From positions 9,179,129-9,243,128 of the forward strand of contig CM082576.2 of assembly GCA_040954595.2 (NCBI GenBank): a stretch of 64,000 bases of DNA, read 5' to 3'. Below are positions 1-14,000 of the stretch, one piece after another; the first letter of the stretch is position 1, and each line of letters opens with the position of its first letter. The notes beneath the pieces are model-generated. The model was given only the letters and a program-made list of their open reading frames with translations, was not told the origin of the DNA and did no database searches. Position numbers and translations under genes: made by a program. Source of the stretch: Balanoglossus misakiensis (lineage: Eukaryota; Animalia; Hemichordata).

Positions 1-3000
1 CTCTTCCGGCGGGCACTTCTGTCATCTGCTGAAACAATGTCCGCTCTCTTTTTCTTCTAAATCCACATCCTGTTCTGTCCACGATGGTTGCCACAGGATT
101 CTCTTTACGCGGTAGGTTTGGATATTAATCTCTTATTGGAACTTCCGTCGGATGGTCGCCATTTCCCCTCTCCTCGATTCCGCGCGGATGGAGACGCACA
201 AATACCGCGATTGTTTATCATGCCGTGTGGTCCATTGATGAACGTCTGGGCTCCCCCAGAAAAAAAGCATTAAATTTTGATCACAAATACACATGTATTA
301 ACCTTTGTCCTCCTTTTTTCAATCGGTCCCGCACATGAAATTCGGGGTGAAAGACCGGTGTGATCACGGGAACCAAATTCATAAACAGCCAATTAATGCA
401 GGATTTACTCCTGTGGTATGGTGTTGGGGCAGTGTTCAGTGTTGTTCCCAGTAATGTGGCTATTGTTCGGGTATCTTATAAGCCGTACCAATACACGCAT
501 GCAAGAAGACATCATGAGTATGTTGTGTTCAGTGCCTTCCCAAGGCATATAATGTCCCCGCCGAGTTACGAGCCCACGCTCAAACACCACTAGGCCAATA
601 TGACTGGAAATACATTTATGCGGTTTGATCTTCCGGCATCCGATATCCTTGCGGCGGTGAGACACGGTCGCGGGCAAAGGTCTGTTCAAACCGCCGAGCG
701 TAATTATTGGAAAGTTCACCATTCAAGTCACTGCTCCGAATCTGCTAGATTCGAAGTGTTGTCTGATTGGAAAATTTGGGGTGACGTCCCAGCTGAAGAA
801 AACTACCCAAGGAAAGTGAACCTGTCTATCAGTCTATGACGCATTTTGGACAGTCACAAAATTGTCTGCATTTTATCTTATTGTCTTGGGACTTTGGCAG
901 ACGATAGACACCCACTTGTGCGCCATAATTAAAACCCAGTGTATTATTAGCACATTAAATTAAATTGCCAGTCGACCTCTTTCTTTTCTATTTGCTCCTT
1001 TGCAGGGGTGTTAAAACATTCAAATTCAAATACTAGTTCTTAAAATGTGACAAGTGTCACAGAATGCCGGTTCCGGTGATTGGCAATAAAAATCTTCCCA
1101 TTGTCAGAGCTTTGTCGTTAATTTGGTATTGTTTGAATGTAAGTGGATTACTCAAAATAATTAGTCATCAAACACACTATTATTAACGATTGAACGATCC
1201 AATATGTGAAGGCCAATTAAATTGCAGATAGCACACCCCAATCTGTCGATTATACATCCGGCGTATATCTGTTCTCACATTCCCTTGCGGCCTGATTTGA
1301 AACCGAAAAAGCCCAATTGTGAGGAGTTCACTAATGACCATATATGGGCATGACGGACATGCGTTCTGTGGAAAGTACAAGTAATGAGCTAGCCTCGTTT
1401 TCATCGTGCGCTTTGAAGGTTCCCGCTGTTTGCTTTACACATATCGTCTTGGAATAAATGAACCAGTAGAGTCTATATAGCTAAAATAATGGAATATCAT
1501 TCCAGTGACGTCATTCTTTCCCGGATACATTCTTTAGAAATTAAATAACCCACTTCAATATGTACGTTGCCACACTTTAACACTACGGTGGCCTAGTTTT
1601 ATCAAGTGGACAGTGTTATGTAACATGGCATTTATTTTCTGTATCGCTTCAATGTCACCATAGACGCTTCCGAACGGGGGGGGGGGGGGGGACTTGCATG
1701 CCAGTGTTGCGAAAATGTCAGTAGCCCGGAACATCATTCCAGCACTCTGTAGTATATTTAAGTAAAACATGTTCCGAAATGTGAAATAAGTGTGTGAATG
1801 TGTGAACATTATTTGACCTCAGGGAACGTCATTATGGCCGCGACGCCACAAAGTAAAATACGGGGATTCGCCACAGATACTATACTAGTATATTGGCACT
1901 GAAATGTTTCTCACTGGTGAAAAGAAGATGTGTGCCAGTATATGGCAGTAGTCACTTTCTTTATCAGTTGTTTACATCAGTGATTTATTTAGTCGTTGCG
2001 TATAAAGTACAATAATTTTTGCCCGTGATTTCGTGTTCTTTTCAACATACTTCTATCTGGACAGGATGTGTCCCAGCTGAGCGACCCCCCCCCCCTCCCT
2101 TTCTACCTCCCTTACTCTGCCACGCGACCCTAATACTCGCCTTATGATGCTACTGCCTTAGCGCTTACTTGATCCATGCTCTGCGCTGCCGCCACTGCCC
2201 TTCAACTTGCTCGATCGAGGCAAGGCACGGCAAGAAGCCGTGGTAGGCATGGAGACGGCCTTAGGCGTGCCCCATTTAGGTGACATCACAGACCGTTTGT
2301 ATGCGATGGTGTCTGTACCGTGACGTCGGCGTGCACGCAGTGAAAATTAAATCGCTCAAGGAGCGAACTTGAAATTAGTGTCGTAGTTCATGTAGGTAAC
2401 TCATTGGTGGGGCGGCGGTCTGTAACATGAAAATGACCGGTGCGTGTTCCGGCCGCGTCTGACTGTTTTGTTAGAGTTTCCCTCTTCAATTATAATGTAG
2501 TAAACGTTGTGTGTGAAGCCAGAATTTCGTAATAAAGTTGTATCCCATCACCTTAAAAACCCGGAATGGGGCGCGAGTGAGTGCCACGAAGTGACTCGGC
2601 GCGTTGTCAAATCATCGGACTGCCTTACACAAAAGGAAGGGCAGACGGCATTGAGATGTAAACTAAAAGAACGACGTATTGCTTAACGTCTTCTAGATGT
2701 AATTAACCGTGTCACCGATCGTGAGTTCAATTATTCAGCTTCTTGGTCGTGTTTTACGAAGCATCGCACGTTCCCTTGTTTTTACCGGCGCTACGACTAT
2801 GCCCTTGCATCGTGCGTGCGGTTCGTGACAGCCCGAACGTTAATTTTCTTATGTGAAGCACGTGCGTCGCCGATTCATGAGGGTACAGGGCCAGGATCTC
2901 CAGAATGGCGGCGTGCTGTGGGAACGGACTCGCGTTTACAGATCCCAGACACGCCCGCATTTTCGCTTGACATGTCACTGAGACTCCCCCTCCCCCTGTT

Positions 3001-3323
3001 TTTCCCATTTCCATACGAGTTGGGGCCACCCACTAAATCATGAGTGTGAATATACGGATGTGGGGCAGTCAGTTGAAGTCGTCCTGAATGTCATGTACAT
3101 ATGAGAGTCGTCTGTCCTTTGTGGCCACGTCTTAGAGAGCGACGGTTCCTGCGTCTTAACTTCTGACTACATATTCGGGAGTACTGCATAACCAAAACAG
3201 ACTGTGGCGGCTGTTTTCATCGCACCCGTTATGGTTTCGAGCGACAGATATATTAAATCTGAACTCCACTGTAATATAGCTTTCTTCGTACTAGTCATAC
3301 GCAGATACTTTGGAAGTCTCGAC

Positions 3324-3402
3324 TGACGTCATCTCGGGTAGCCACTTAAAGATCATATTCATGCGCATGCGTACTGTGTGCACGAGAGTGGGTATATTTA
3401 AA
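3324..3402 (+). promoter_or_regulatory. Putative core promoter of the first P450
   Basis: CRE palindrome TGACGTCA at 3324-3331, NRF1-like TGCGCATGCG near 3362-3371 and TATA-like TATATTTAAA near 3393-3402, 140-220 bp upstream of the ATG. Motif matches only. Confidence 0.4.
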
Positions 3403-3541
3403 ACTGAGTAAGCAAGTCGCAGACTAGACGTGAACAGCGCGTTGATTCGCATAGGTTGGAAACTGCACATACCTCTCCAAGACGAGGTGGAAGGACTGCG
3501 ACGGATCGGCTGACATCTCTTGCCTGCTCACCATAGTGACA

Positions 3542-5995
3542 ATGTTTACACTTGACAGCTTTTTACTTTTTACTGCATCGTTCCTCTGTATTTACTATTT
3601 TCTTCGAGGCCGACACGGAAGAGGCTACAATTTGCCACCCGGCCCACGAGGATGGCCCGTCCTGGGCTACTTACCGCATCTGGGCACAAAGCCGCATCTC
3701 AAGTTTGTTCAGATGGCGAAGCGGTATGGGCCCGTGTTCAGGGTGACCATGGGCTGCCAGGAGGTGGTTGTGCTCAACGGATACGCAACTGTCAAAGAGG
3801 CGCTCACCCAGAAGGGGGCCAAATTTGCCGGGCGGCCCAACTGGAAGTCGACCAACGTATTTTCGGACAACGGCACTAAAGGTAAGTAGTCATTAAAAGA
3901 CGATGTCAAGGACGGGCCTGTGTTAGTCAATGCCGTCTTCACACACGCGATTATAACCCCGTTCTATGCGTGCGTGATGACATCCGAGCAGATTTTGTGT
4001 CCAAAGTTGCATGGTATGCGCGAATAAATTGCAAATGATAACCACACATTATTGCATGCAATTCGTGCGTTTTTACCGATTCCAAATTAAAAAAAAAACT
4101 CCGGTCCGTCACCTGAGTACTGACACCTGAGAGGCGGCTGGATGAATCTGCATTATCCGCGTGTACCCTGGCGACAGACATCACTGTGGCTCGGGCCGCC
4201 ACACGTGCGTTTCAGAATGACGTCTTTTTTATCTGCAACAATTCATTACGTAAGCTTCGTCGCAGAGCGAGCCCTCCGTTAGTTCATGCGGAACCTTCTG
4301 ATCGCATGTTTTGGAAGACAAAAATCTTGCTCCCTCATCATGCCCATATCAAATATAGCGTGCTCTTGAGTCCCTCAGATGTTCTTGATTTTATTGCGTC
4401 ATATCGGCGATATGTTTCAAGTGCGCAGGCATTTCTGTTCTGCCCCGCCCGCGTTCTACAAAAGGGCCACTTTTATTTGTGAACGAGAACAATGTGATTG
4501 TTAAACTTTTTTTCTTTTTTTTCCCTCTCGTTCCCAGGTACCATTTTCTCCAATGGTAAAGTGTGGTCCGAAAACCGCCGCTTTGAGGTGTCCGCCCTCA
4601 GACATTTCGGCATGGGGAAGCTGAGCATCGAGGGGCCAATCGTGGAGGAGCTGCGGTACTTCCTTGGCGCCGTGGACCAAGAAGTGGGTCACCCGTTCGA
4701 CGTGGCCAACATCGTGGAATGCGCTCTCACCAACATCATTGCCCAGATGACACTGGGCGAACGCTTCAAGTACGACAACGAAGAGCTCAAGCGCATCCTG
4801 GAGATGACCCACGAGGATGCTGAGCTGGTGGGTCCCAGTGCAGCCATCAGCTTCTTGCCGGCGCTGTGGTACATCCCGTGGTTTCGAAAGCAGTCCCGGC
4901 GCCTCCAACAGAACTGCGCCGAACTGGTGGAGTTCATCGGAAAGTACATCGACCACCACGCGGCCACTTTCGACGCGGACAACATCCGCGACGTGATAGA
5001 CGTCGGGATTCAGAAGATGAGGAAGACAGAAGCCTCCTCCTCCTTCGGGGGGTCCGCATTCGATAAACTCTCCCTTGCCTACATCGTGAGCGAGCTCTTC
5101 GGCGCCGGCTTCGAGAGCACGTCGACGGCGCTGAAGTGGTGCATTCTGTACATGGTGAAGCACCCCGAAGCACAGGAACGCGTCCAGGTGGAAATCGACC
5201 AGCAGGTCGACCCAAGTGGCCACCCGTCATTCGAGTACGCCGATGATTTGCCTTACACCCAAGCGACAATAATGGAAGTTCTGCGCCTGGCCAACATGGC
5301 ACCTCTGGGACTCCCGCACGCGACCACGGCCGACGTTGAATTGGGCGGCTACACTTTGCCCGCCGGGACATGCGTCTTTGCCAACGTCTGGTCGGTGCAC
5401 ATGGATCCCGAATTATGGCCTTCTCCAGAAAAATTCGACCCCACAAGATTTATTGATGGCAACGGCAAGCTTGTTCAGAGGGAGGGCTTCATGCCGTATT
5501 CTTTAGGTGAGCTACATTTCATTTGTTGATTTTGTCAAATTGCCGTTTCCTAAATGTAAATGCGTGGTTTTAAAGCGCTGAAAACTTGGAGGCAACGTAT
5601 ATGATGCTTGACTGCATGTATTTGCGCGGTTAACAAAAGGAAAGGTCCTTCAGACGCTGCGCATGCAGTTCTCAAAGGAAACCTTGTTTACCGCGATCTC
5701 CCATAGCAACTCCCGAACTATACGTTATGTAAGATGAAACGCCAATTGTGTAATGTTTTGTCTTCTTCTTCTTCGTATTCTTCTCCGTATACCAGGTCGC
5801 CGCCGTTGTGTGGGTGAGCAGCTGGCCAGACATGAACTTTTTGTGTTCTTCGCAAGTCTGATGCAACGTTTCTCTCTGCGACTACCGGACGGGGCGCCAG
5901 TGCCACCTGCCGAGGGAAAGCCAGGGTTGTCGATCGCGCCGTTCCCGTTCCAGGTCACTGCGACGAGACGACATCAGAAGGCAACACCTCTGTAA
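3542..5995 (+). CDS. Cytochrome P450, CYP2 clan (CYP2U/2J-like), 3 exons, ~502 aa
   Basis: Exons 3542-3881, 4538-5506 and 5796-5995 join in frame through GT-AG phase-1 introns (1509 nt). Motifs: N-terminal TM helix plus PPGPRGWPVLG, WxxxR (WSENRR), I-helix AGFEST, EVLR, PEKFDP, and heme motif FMPYSLG|RRRCVGE split by intron 2. Confidence 0.95.
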
Positions 5996-8118
5996 TACAT
6001 TTTCGCATCATTCGCAAAGAAAAGACGCTAAACGAAAGTCCCACGGTACAGAACTTCTTGCATTTTGCCATGATATTACAATCAAGCGAAAAGTATCGCG
6101 TGATATCGAGCTTACCGAGGAGCCAGCGTCAAAAAATAAACTGGTTGCAACCACAATATGGCCGCCTACATCAAACTGGACACAAATGGTGCCGCCCATT
6201 TCATCACCAATGCAAGTCACGCTTATCCTTCCATGCCTATAAATGATTACAAAGAATATCGGGGGCGGTTGGAAGATGTTTGAGGTAGACAAAAATGCAA
6301 ACAGTTCCATATCGTGGGGCTTTAACATAACGATCTAACAGGGCGACTACATGACGTCATTAACCCAGTAATAGAGGACTGTAGATGACTGTCGCGTGGC
6401 GCGGCGCGTCAAGTATAAGAGGACGCTTCCCCTGGGGCTTGGGCACGGTCACTTTTAGAAAGACTAGCGCTGGCATACGCTTTCAAAGTACCCACTTTTC
6501 CCAAATATGCCAATAATATTTATAAACGGTGACTACTTATGGGTGTCATATTCGGTTACATGAAATGTAACACTGTCTATACATTTGCTCATATTTATTA
6601 CATAAACGCAGAGAACTTTCTGGTACGGAGCGAAGAGAAGCTGTTACTTATATATTTTTGTACAGAAGAAAGGGAGACTTTTAAAAATGTATGACATTGT
6701 GTGCTGAATTCTATGACTAAGGTTTAATCACAAATGCTTCGTCAACATTCCATTTCCACACTGATGGCACGTGGGCGGCAATATTAAATTAGCCGAGGCT
6801 TCCGGTGACTGACTGTATGTGCGCTGGGTATTTCCATTTTTATCACGCGGGTTGATATACCTATCGCACATATGTCAAATTCTGCTTGCGGAAGACTTGA
6901 TATATACCTTGTTGATTTCTTCTTTTTATTGCGAATATTACATGTGTCGGGAGAGATGTGGGTCACACTTGTCCCTTTCCGACGTTTTTTCAACATTCCA
7001 GTAAATGCAGTACAGTTTTTTTTTAATTTAATACATATAATTTTCAGTGTCAAATTCCAAGACGCTATTGGCTTCACCTCGGTCGCCCACGTTGCTACAC
7101 ATATCAAATATATTTTAACGCCATCCGCCGTGTCTGGTACACAGTTTTACTTAATTTACTCTTTCATTGTGTATTTATTATGAAGCGTTTTATAGCGAAA
7201 CATGCCGAATGCGTGAGAATTGTAAGTTTAGTAGGCTGGTTTTTTATATTGAGTTTTGAAGCGTTCACTGGTGGTGGAAATAAGCCGTTCGAAAACAATA
7301 TACCGCCTTTTGAAATCTAATTTGCCCGCTTGTTGTGAATGATTCACTGTGTTTGTTCGCTCGTGTTGTGTTACACTCAGCATTTGTTTCGAATTTAGCT
7401 TTCACTACACTATGCACGACTCAGCCATATATTTTGTTACTCATAAACATAGACTGGAATGCGCGTATACATGTATACGTCTGTCGTCTTGACTTGAGCA
7501 GAGAGAGAGTTAAATGGGCCACGTGTCCGGTGCGCAATCTTTCTGGGAAATGAGTCCCAGCAACTGGTATGTTGATGCGTGTTGAGGAAGCGCCGCGGAA
7601 AAAGAGTGATCATGTTCTAGGTCAATACGTAAAAAGTCGAATATTACTGCAACTCTCTAACATTACGCTTGGGAATTGACTCGGTACATCGCCGAGACAC
7701 CAGACACACTTCGACAAGGGGATGTGTCGCGTGCGACGAAGACTGAACGCACTCGATTCAAACAACCAGAGACTAGGAAACGCCTAGTGGTATTTGCATC
7801 GTGATTCGTCTAAATGTCTACAGTGACGTAGGCCGACACACAAACACCGAGATTTTAAAGGCCATGCCCTTTACAAATGGAATTACATTCGCATGAACAC
7901 TGTTTACGTCGCCAAACCAGCTCTCCCTGCAGAGTTTGACAGGTTACTCAAGTTTCAACAAATCTCAATGCATTTCCGACCCGCATATTATACAAGACAA
8001 GCACGTGTTACAATCAGGTTCAGACCCTCTTTACGGTTTCCATACTACTGATATGGTTCTGTTGAGAGAGGTTGTGTACTAGTAGAGGGGAAGGGATGGA
8101 GAGAGAGGGGACTGAGTG

Positions 8119-8230
<112 letters not shown>

Positions 8231-9608
8231 GATGTGGTGTTCATACATGGACAACTAGCGGCACAAACGGTTTGGTAGCTATATCGTGAAACATTTTACA
8301 ATTCACTTCAGATAATCAAGTTCTACTTCAGGACAACCTTCTTCCGCCCACGTGCCCTGTCCGTCCGAATGGCGGCCTCTTGCTGACGTCAGCATTATTA
8401 AAAAATACCCAAAGAGCTAAAAACATCACTCACATCAATCATACCTGACGCCTTCGGATGGGAGAAGTGTTATTACCGCGATTTTAAATTGGATTTATTA
8501 TTTGAAAACCAAAGGAATAAAAATCGTTCACGCCCATCTATTCGTGAAAGTGGTGTCCCACGCAGTAGTCTTCGATTTGTGTGAATTTCTTATCAACCTG
8601 CTGTTTGAAATGTCAAGCATTCTCTAGGTTGCACTCTGTGTCGCAGACAAATCGAAAATTAATCGCACATCTCCCGAAAGGTCGATATTGAAAAAGGAAT
8701 GAGTCAATTCCCAACTTAATTATGTCGTCTCTATCATTCTGCGCGCAATTGGAATATAATATTCTCATATCGGGTGCCCACGCTCTCGTTTGTAGCATCA
8801 TCACGGAGGCAATTTCTTCGTTGGTTGACGAATGAGCACGCTCCACCCAACCCCCGTTATCTGGATGGTGCTGTTGTGGCAAAAATGATGCAGAAGTGTT
8901 TGAAACGCTGAAATTAACCCGACATTTAGCCTGGGAGTAAAAGATTGAGGATCAATTAGACACCTTCAAGACAGCAACAGGAATCAAACAAAATCTTTAC
9001 ATAACTTTCCGGTCTACTTAATATCGTTGTCGGAGCCGAGCATCTATACTTGACTTAAACTGGGATTCAATAAATTCCCGATTGTTCCCAATTTCGTTCA
9101 ATTAAACCATTGCCAACAGTTAGATTGCGGTGAACCAAACATTATGAATGTGCAGTGACGCGTACGTGACGTGATGTGATACAGTCCACAAAATGGAGAA
9201 AATCTAATCACATTTACCGTTAAAAGAACAGAATACAAGAATATTTGTCGTGATTTTATTTTCACATTGTCTTGCCTATTACAAAAAGGTAATATGTGTA
9301 TGAGTTTGTCATTGGGATTTTATGCCAGCCGATCTGATACTGTGAAATGGCTAAATTACGTAATTATCAACTATTCGATACGTCTATCTATCAAATCAGA
9401 CGTTAACAATAGGCCGAAACGTCGTCGTATACCGCAAAACATATTTTAAACATTTTTAAAGCAGACGACAAAAAGTGGTGAAAACACCGTCGCCCTGCCG
9501 CGAAACGTACGCCATGTTTTGCATTAATGGCTTACCCATTTTGTTACCCATGAAAGACCTATATGGCAGTATGGGTTGGTCGGTCAAAAGAAAAAGAAAA
9601 CACCCTAA

Positions 9609-10369
9609 GGCTGCATTCACAAACACCTCTGGAGGGGGGGGCGGGAGAATTGAGGGGGGGATTTGAAAAAATTGAGGGTATGTAAGGGGGGGATTTGAAA
9701 TAATTTAAGGACTGAAAGGGGGGGACTTGAAAACTTTGACGACTAAATATTTATTTTGAGTCCACAAAAATGCAGTTTCGCGCCCTTTATTTTACAAAAT
9801 TTTCACCCACCCCCTCCATTCATCAACACCTTTCAATCATTTACTGCTTTATCTAGTGTCCCAGGTCAGGGGACTTGCCCCCACCCCATGATAACTTTGA
9901 GCGGCGACGGTTTAATTTGTCCTCCCCAACATACCGGTAGTTGAGTTAATTTGCTTTTGCTGGGTTCATTAAAATGCAGCTTTGAGCTCTGTATTTTATA
10001 AAATTTTCTTACGTGGGAGGGGGACACCCCCTCCCAAACCCACCCCCTTCAATTCTCGGTTTACAATGTCTCCCAACACAGAATACAAATACTTAAACAA
10101 TAAAAACAATGTTCAGTTTTAATACCCACTGATGAGGGGAAACATCAGTTTCAAATTCTTTTCATGGGAACGCTGTTTTTCTTTTTTACAAGATAGATGT
10201 GTTTTGCTCTGTGAAAGAAAATGGGGGGGGGGGATTTCAAAATTTTGGCAGTACGGAAGGGGGGGATTTGAAAATATTTCGGGTTGTGTGGGGGGGGCAT
10301 GTGAAAATTAGCGGTAAAAAAAATTGAATTCTCCCGCCCCCCCCTCCAGAGGTGTTTGTGAATGCAGCC
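9609..10369. mobile_element. Non-autonomous DNA transposon (MITE), PIF/Harbinger-like
   Basis: ~43-bp near-perfect TIRs (GGCTGCATTCACAAACACCTCTGGAGGGGGGGGCGGGAGAATT at 9609-9651; its inverse at 10327-10369), TAA on both flanks (9606-9608, 10370-10372), internal GGGGGATTTGAAA subrepeats and no credible ORF. Confidence 0.85.
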
Positions 10370-10583
10370 TAAAAGCATCTCCTCATCAAACTAAATCATC
10401 TGACCTGTTTGTTGTGTAAATAAAATACACGGAAGTCACAAAAGGTTAACCATTTTCAACTTGATTGATTAAAAAAACAACTTTTGTTTAGAGCACATCT
10501 TTCTGTGCACGTCATCTGCAGTATCAAGGGTCGGTCGTAAATGTTCGTTGTATTTTTGGAGCCGATACATGAGGACGGGACTT

Positions 10584-10933
10584 TTAGACGACGTTCCGGG
10601 ATGTCTTCCTTGCTTTCACGCATATCTTGTACGGATACGGCCGATTGGTTATCCCCGGTTGACCTTCGAGTCTGGGTTTTCTTGCGTCGTCGGGGAAAGT
10701 CAGGTCAAACCGTTGCAGAATGGACGACAGGAAAAGAAAGAGGTTCATCTTGGCCAGGTTTTCTCCCGTGCACGCCCTTTTACCTGTTGAGGAGAGATCA
10801 TGAGAAGTCACACCCAGATACATCAGAGAGCGTTCAAATTAAACAATTGCCACATTATAGTAATACCCCTTGGTCCGGACCACATTAATTGTTTGACATC
10901 ACTCACTCAATCAATCGATCGATCAATCAATCG

Positions 10934-11001
<68 letters not shown>

Positions 11002-14000
11002 ACCAATAGGGCGATCTATCAATCAATCAACCAACCAACCAACCAACCAACCAATCAATCAATCAATCAATCAAGCAAACAATCTGATCGTTTAGTGTTC
11101 GTCCACGCAAATTTTGCCATTTTGGTGCAGGGCAAAGTGTACAGTACTAACAGTGCTACGCTTGGAGGGACTTCGTCAATGCATAAAATCAGTCGCGAGA
11201 TTTCCTTGCAGGATGACTGTAGCATCGAGTGTACAGAATACACTTCTGTGTATGAACAAAGCCCAGTGCAGACACCAGAACAGGTATAAATGCTGACCTA
11301 GATATCAAAATGACGAGAATCTGTCGCGCGCCGGGCATGTTGTCCAGATCGGATGTGCCCAAATCGATTTTCACGCTGGCGCAGACAACTCGGGAAATTG
11401 CTTTTTTCGTCTGACAAACTCGAATGTATTGGCAATGGGGGCAAAGAAGTAAAGCGTGTCAAACATGTGGTCGCCAGTGAGAAAAGGGGGCAAGGAGGCC
11501 ATTTGGAATATTGGAACAACTGGTTGATGACGTTCGCGAGTACGCGTTTCCACTCCTTCGTTCCAGTATTTTTTGTGGAAGGGGTTCTGCGGCATGGCTG
11601 TTGGCCTGTGAGAAATTCATTGACCATTTGAACGGTTCGCAGTGACCCGATTTTCATTCGCATCCGTGCAGAATGTATTTTGAATTGAAATAATACCGGA
11701 CGGGCAAGACGTGATCGAATCGGATCGGTGTCAAGTACGAAGGGTCAATTGCGTCTTGAAAAGTAAATGGAGCGTTCCCGTGAACCGTTAGGCCTACTCT
11801 CTGAATGTCTAAAAGTTATGATGCTTTCGTGAATGTTCCCGCGTCATGCCCTCCAGCAACCGTCCTAACAGGAAACGCACCAAACGTTAACTGACACTTT
11901 ATTACCTGGAACCTGAAATGATGATGATTAACGCACAGCGAATCGATATCGCGCCAGGCCCCGCTCCAGAAGACACCGTTCCGGCGTTTCTCCCATCCGC
12001 AGCTGGACTGTTTTGTCACTATTTTTTTTTGCACAGAAAACGCCGACAATCGAATGACGTCAAAGGCCCAGAGATTTTGTCAGTATGTCAATGCAGTCCC
12101 ATCACTAATCGGAAGTTAGAGAGAGATCTATTCATGGAGGGGAAAAAGACGACATTGTTTACCAGTGAAAGTCTCCAAGTAGTTTGTGCTCACGGGTCCA
12201 TGAAGGGGTTATTTTCTTTGTCTGGCAAGTGGCGGTGGCATGACCAAGTGATGCGCCCATTGCTCGTTCTCAGTCTAGCCGCTGGTCCGCATTCGAGAGA
12301 ACAAACATTACAAATGTATCGTGTGTGGGGTGTTTTTTGACACATAGCACGTGACCTGTGTCTTTCACAATCGGTGTTTGTGTGTTTGTTTTTGCGCCGA
12401 TCATCCCCCGAACAACCTGATTGATCATTTTTAGGCGCCGGACTTTCCGGCCCTGCGAGAACTGTAGGCTCAGTTTCCCATGTCAGAATTAAATATGATC
12501 GCATGAAATGAAATATACAATAGCTGTTTATGTAGTTGGATTTTAAACCAGCTTTGACGTTCCCCGCTTTTTCCACCCCCCCTTCACCGGGATCACATCA
12601 ACCAAACTGCACCATAATAGAAACCTCAAATGCGGTTCCCGACACACAACCTATTTCCACACGCGGCAGCACTACACGGCTTGAATTTGCACTTCGAAAT
12701 AAAGTGTTTCATATATCGTCACAAGAACGGATTTTTAAGTTTACTAGTAAGTAGAGAATGGCTGGATATGTTGTTTGCGCAGTAACCAAGCACTTTTGTC
12801 GATGCATTGCGCAATGCATATGCAAGCATTCATGCATGCTCGCATCTAAGCGTGATTTCGCTGGATGTTTCCCCAATATCGCTCCAAACAGCAAACGAGC
12901 AAGTAAAAACCAGAGATTCAATTTGAAGTACGTGTCCAAACATTCAGTTTCGCGTAGTTAGGTTCGGGCAACTTGAGCGCTTTGAAACGACATCTTGGAA
13001 AGACCTACCCATTATAAGAAATTCGCTAACAGGGTATCGCCAGACTGCAGAGCACTTAAAATGACCGTTTGGTATTGGCATCAAAAGACCAGAATACAAG
13101 AAAAAAGACATTCCCCGTTTCTATAGTATACTTTGTCAGTGGGCCTCGACCGGTTTATGGGGGAAAAAACCTACAAATGTTCAATGACCAGTTGGCATTT
13201 ACGACAAAAGTGAGGCGTGCGTTCAGCTTAATTCACCTTAAATCACCTGCGGTAGCATCACACCCACGTTGAACACTGATCCATCGAACGTCAACTGTGT
13301 CGTCATGGTTACATGTTAAAAGAACGACTCGAAAAGAAGGTGCCACGCCTGTAGCGCCTTGTATGCCCGCGACCCATCTTTTATTAAGGCCTTAACGACA
13401 ATTTCGGCTCCGTTTTTTTTTGTATATGATGGCGGTGCAAGGAATTCTCCGGAACAAATGTCTCCACATGGGCTGCAGTCTAGCGTTAACCAGCTCGGGT
13501 GGCCACGAAAAGCACAACAATAGTGGAGCAAACACACGCTTGCTTGGAAAACATGCGTAGGGGTACATTCAGCCTTGTTATTCGAGATCCTGTGCTAATG
13601 ATACACGTCGGAAGTCAAGAGATGTAAACAGGCCCACATGGGAGTTCCAGCCAAGTGCAAGGACAAATCGGTATTAATGGGCGGTGTACGTGTGACACGT
13701 GGGCCTAGATTCATATTATGAAAAAAAATGATCATAGAATAAAAGTCCGTAAAATGTTCAGATCAGCCGGAATGCAGGGTTCTGCATCAACAGTCTGCAG
13801 TTTCAGTTAGTCTTTCAGTTCAGATGGCAACTTTCTAAGTGTCCAAACAAACCAGGTATGGCACTATGCATGGTTCTCTTGCATTCGGGATCACCGATTG
13901 GCCAAAATGTATCTGTGGGGCCAAATTTAAAAATCACGCTATTTCACACAACGTCGATCAAAACGGTGAAATAACCCGAGAAAGGTAAATCAAAGTTTCA

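Noticed and set aside
1-3050. Short ORFs at the window start
   Set aside because: No recognisable homology or consistent exon chain; treated as intergenic.
4501-5446. Long antisense ORFs (240 and 170 aa) over the first P450; likewise 16576-17412 and 62330-63804
   Set aside because: Shadow ORFs of GC-rich coding exons with no recognisable domains.
10584-10823. Isolated P450 C-terminal fragment as a pseudogene
   Set aside because: It is the phase-compatible last exon of the gene starting at 18116.
12190-12576. 128-aa ORF with [14 protein letters not shown], faintly like a piggyBac Cys-rich C-terminus
   Set aside because: Cys spacing is incomplete and there is no adjacent DDD domain or TTAA/TIR ends. 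An HMM search would be needed.
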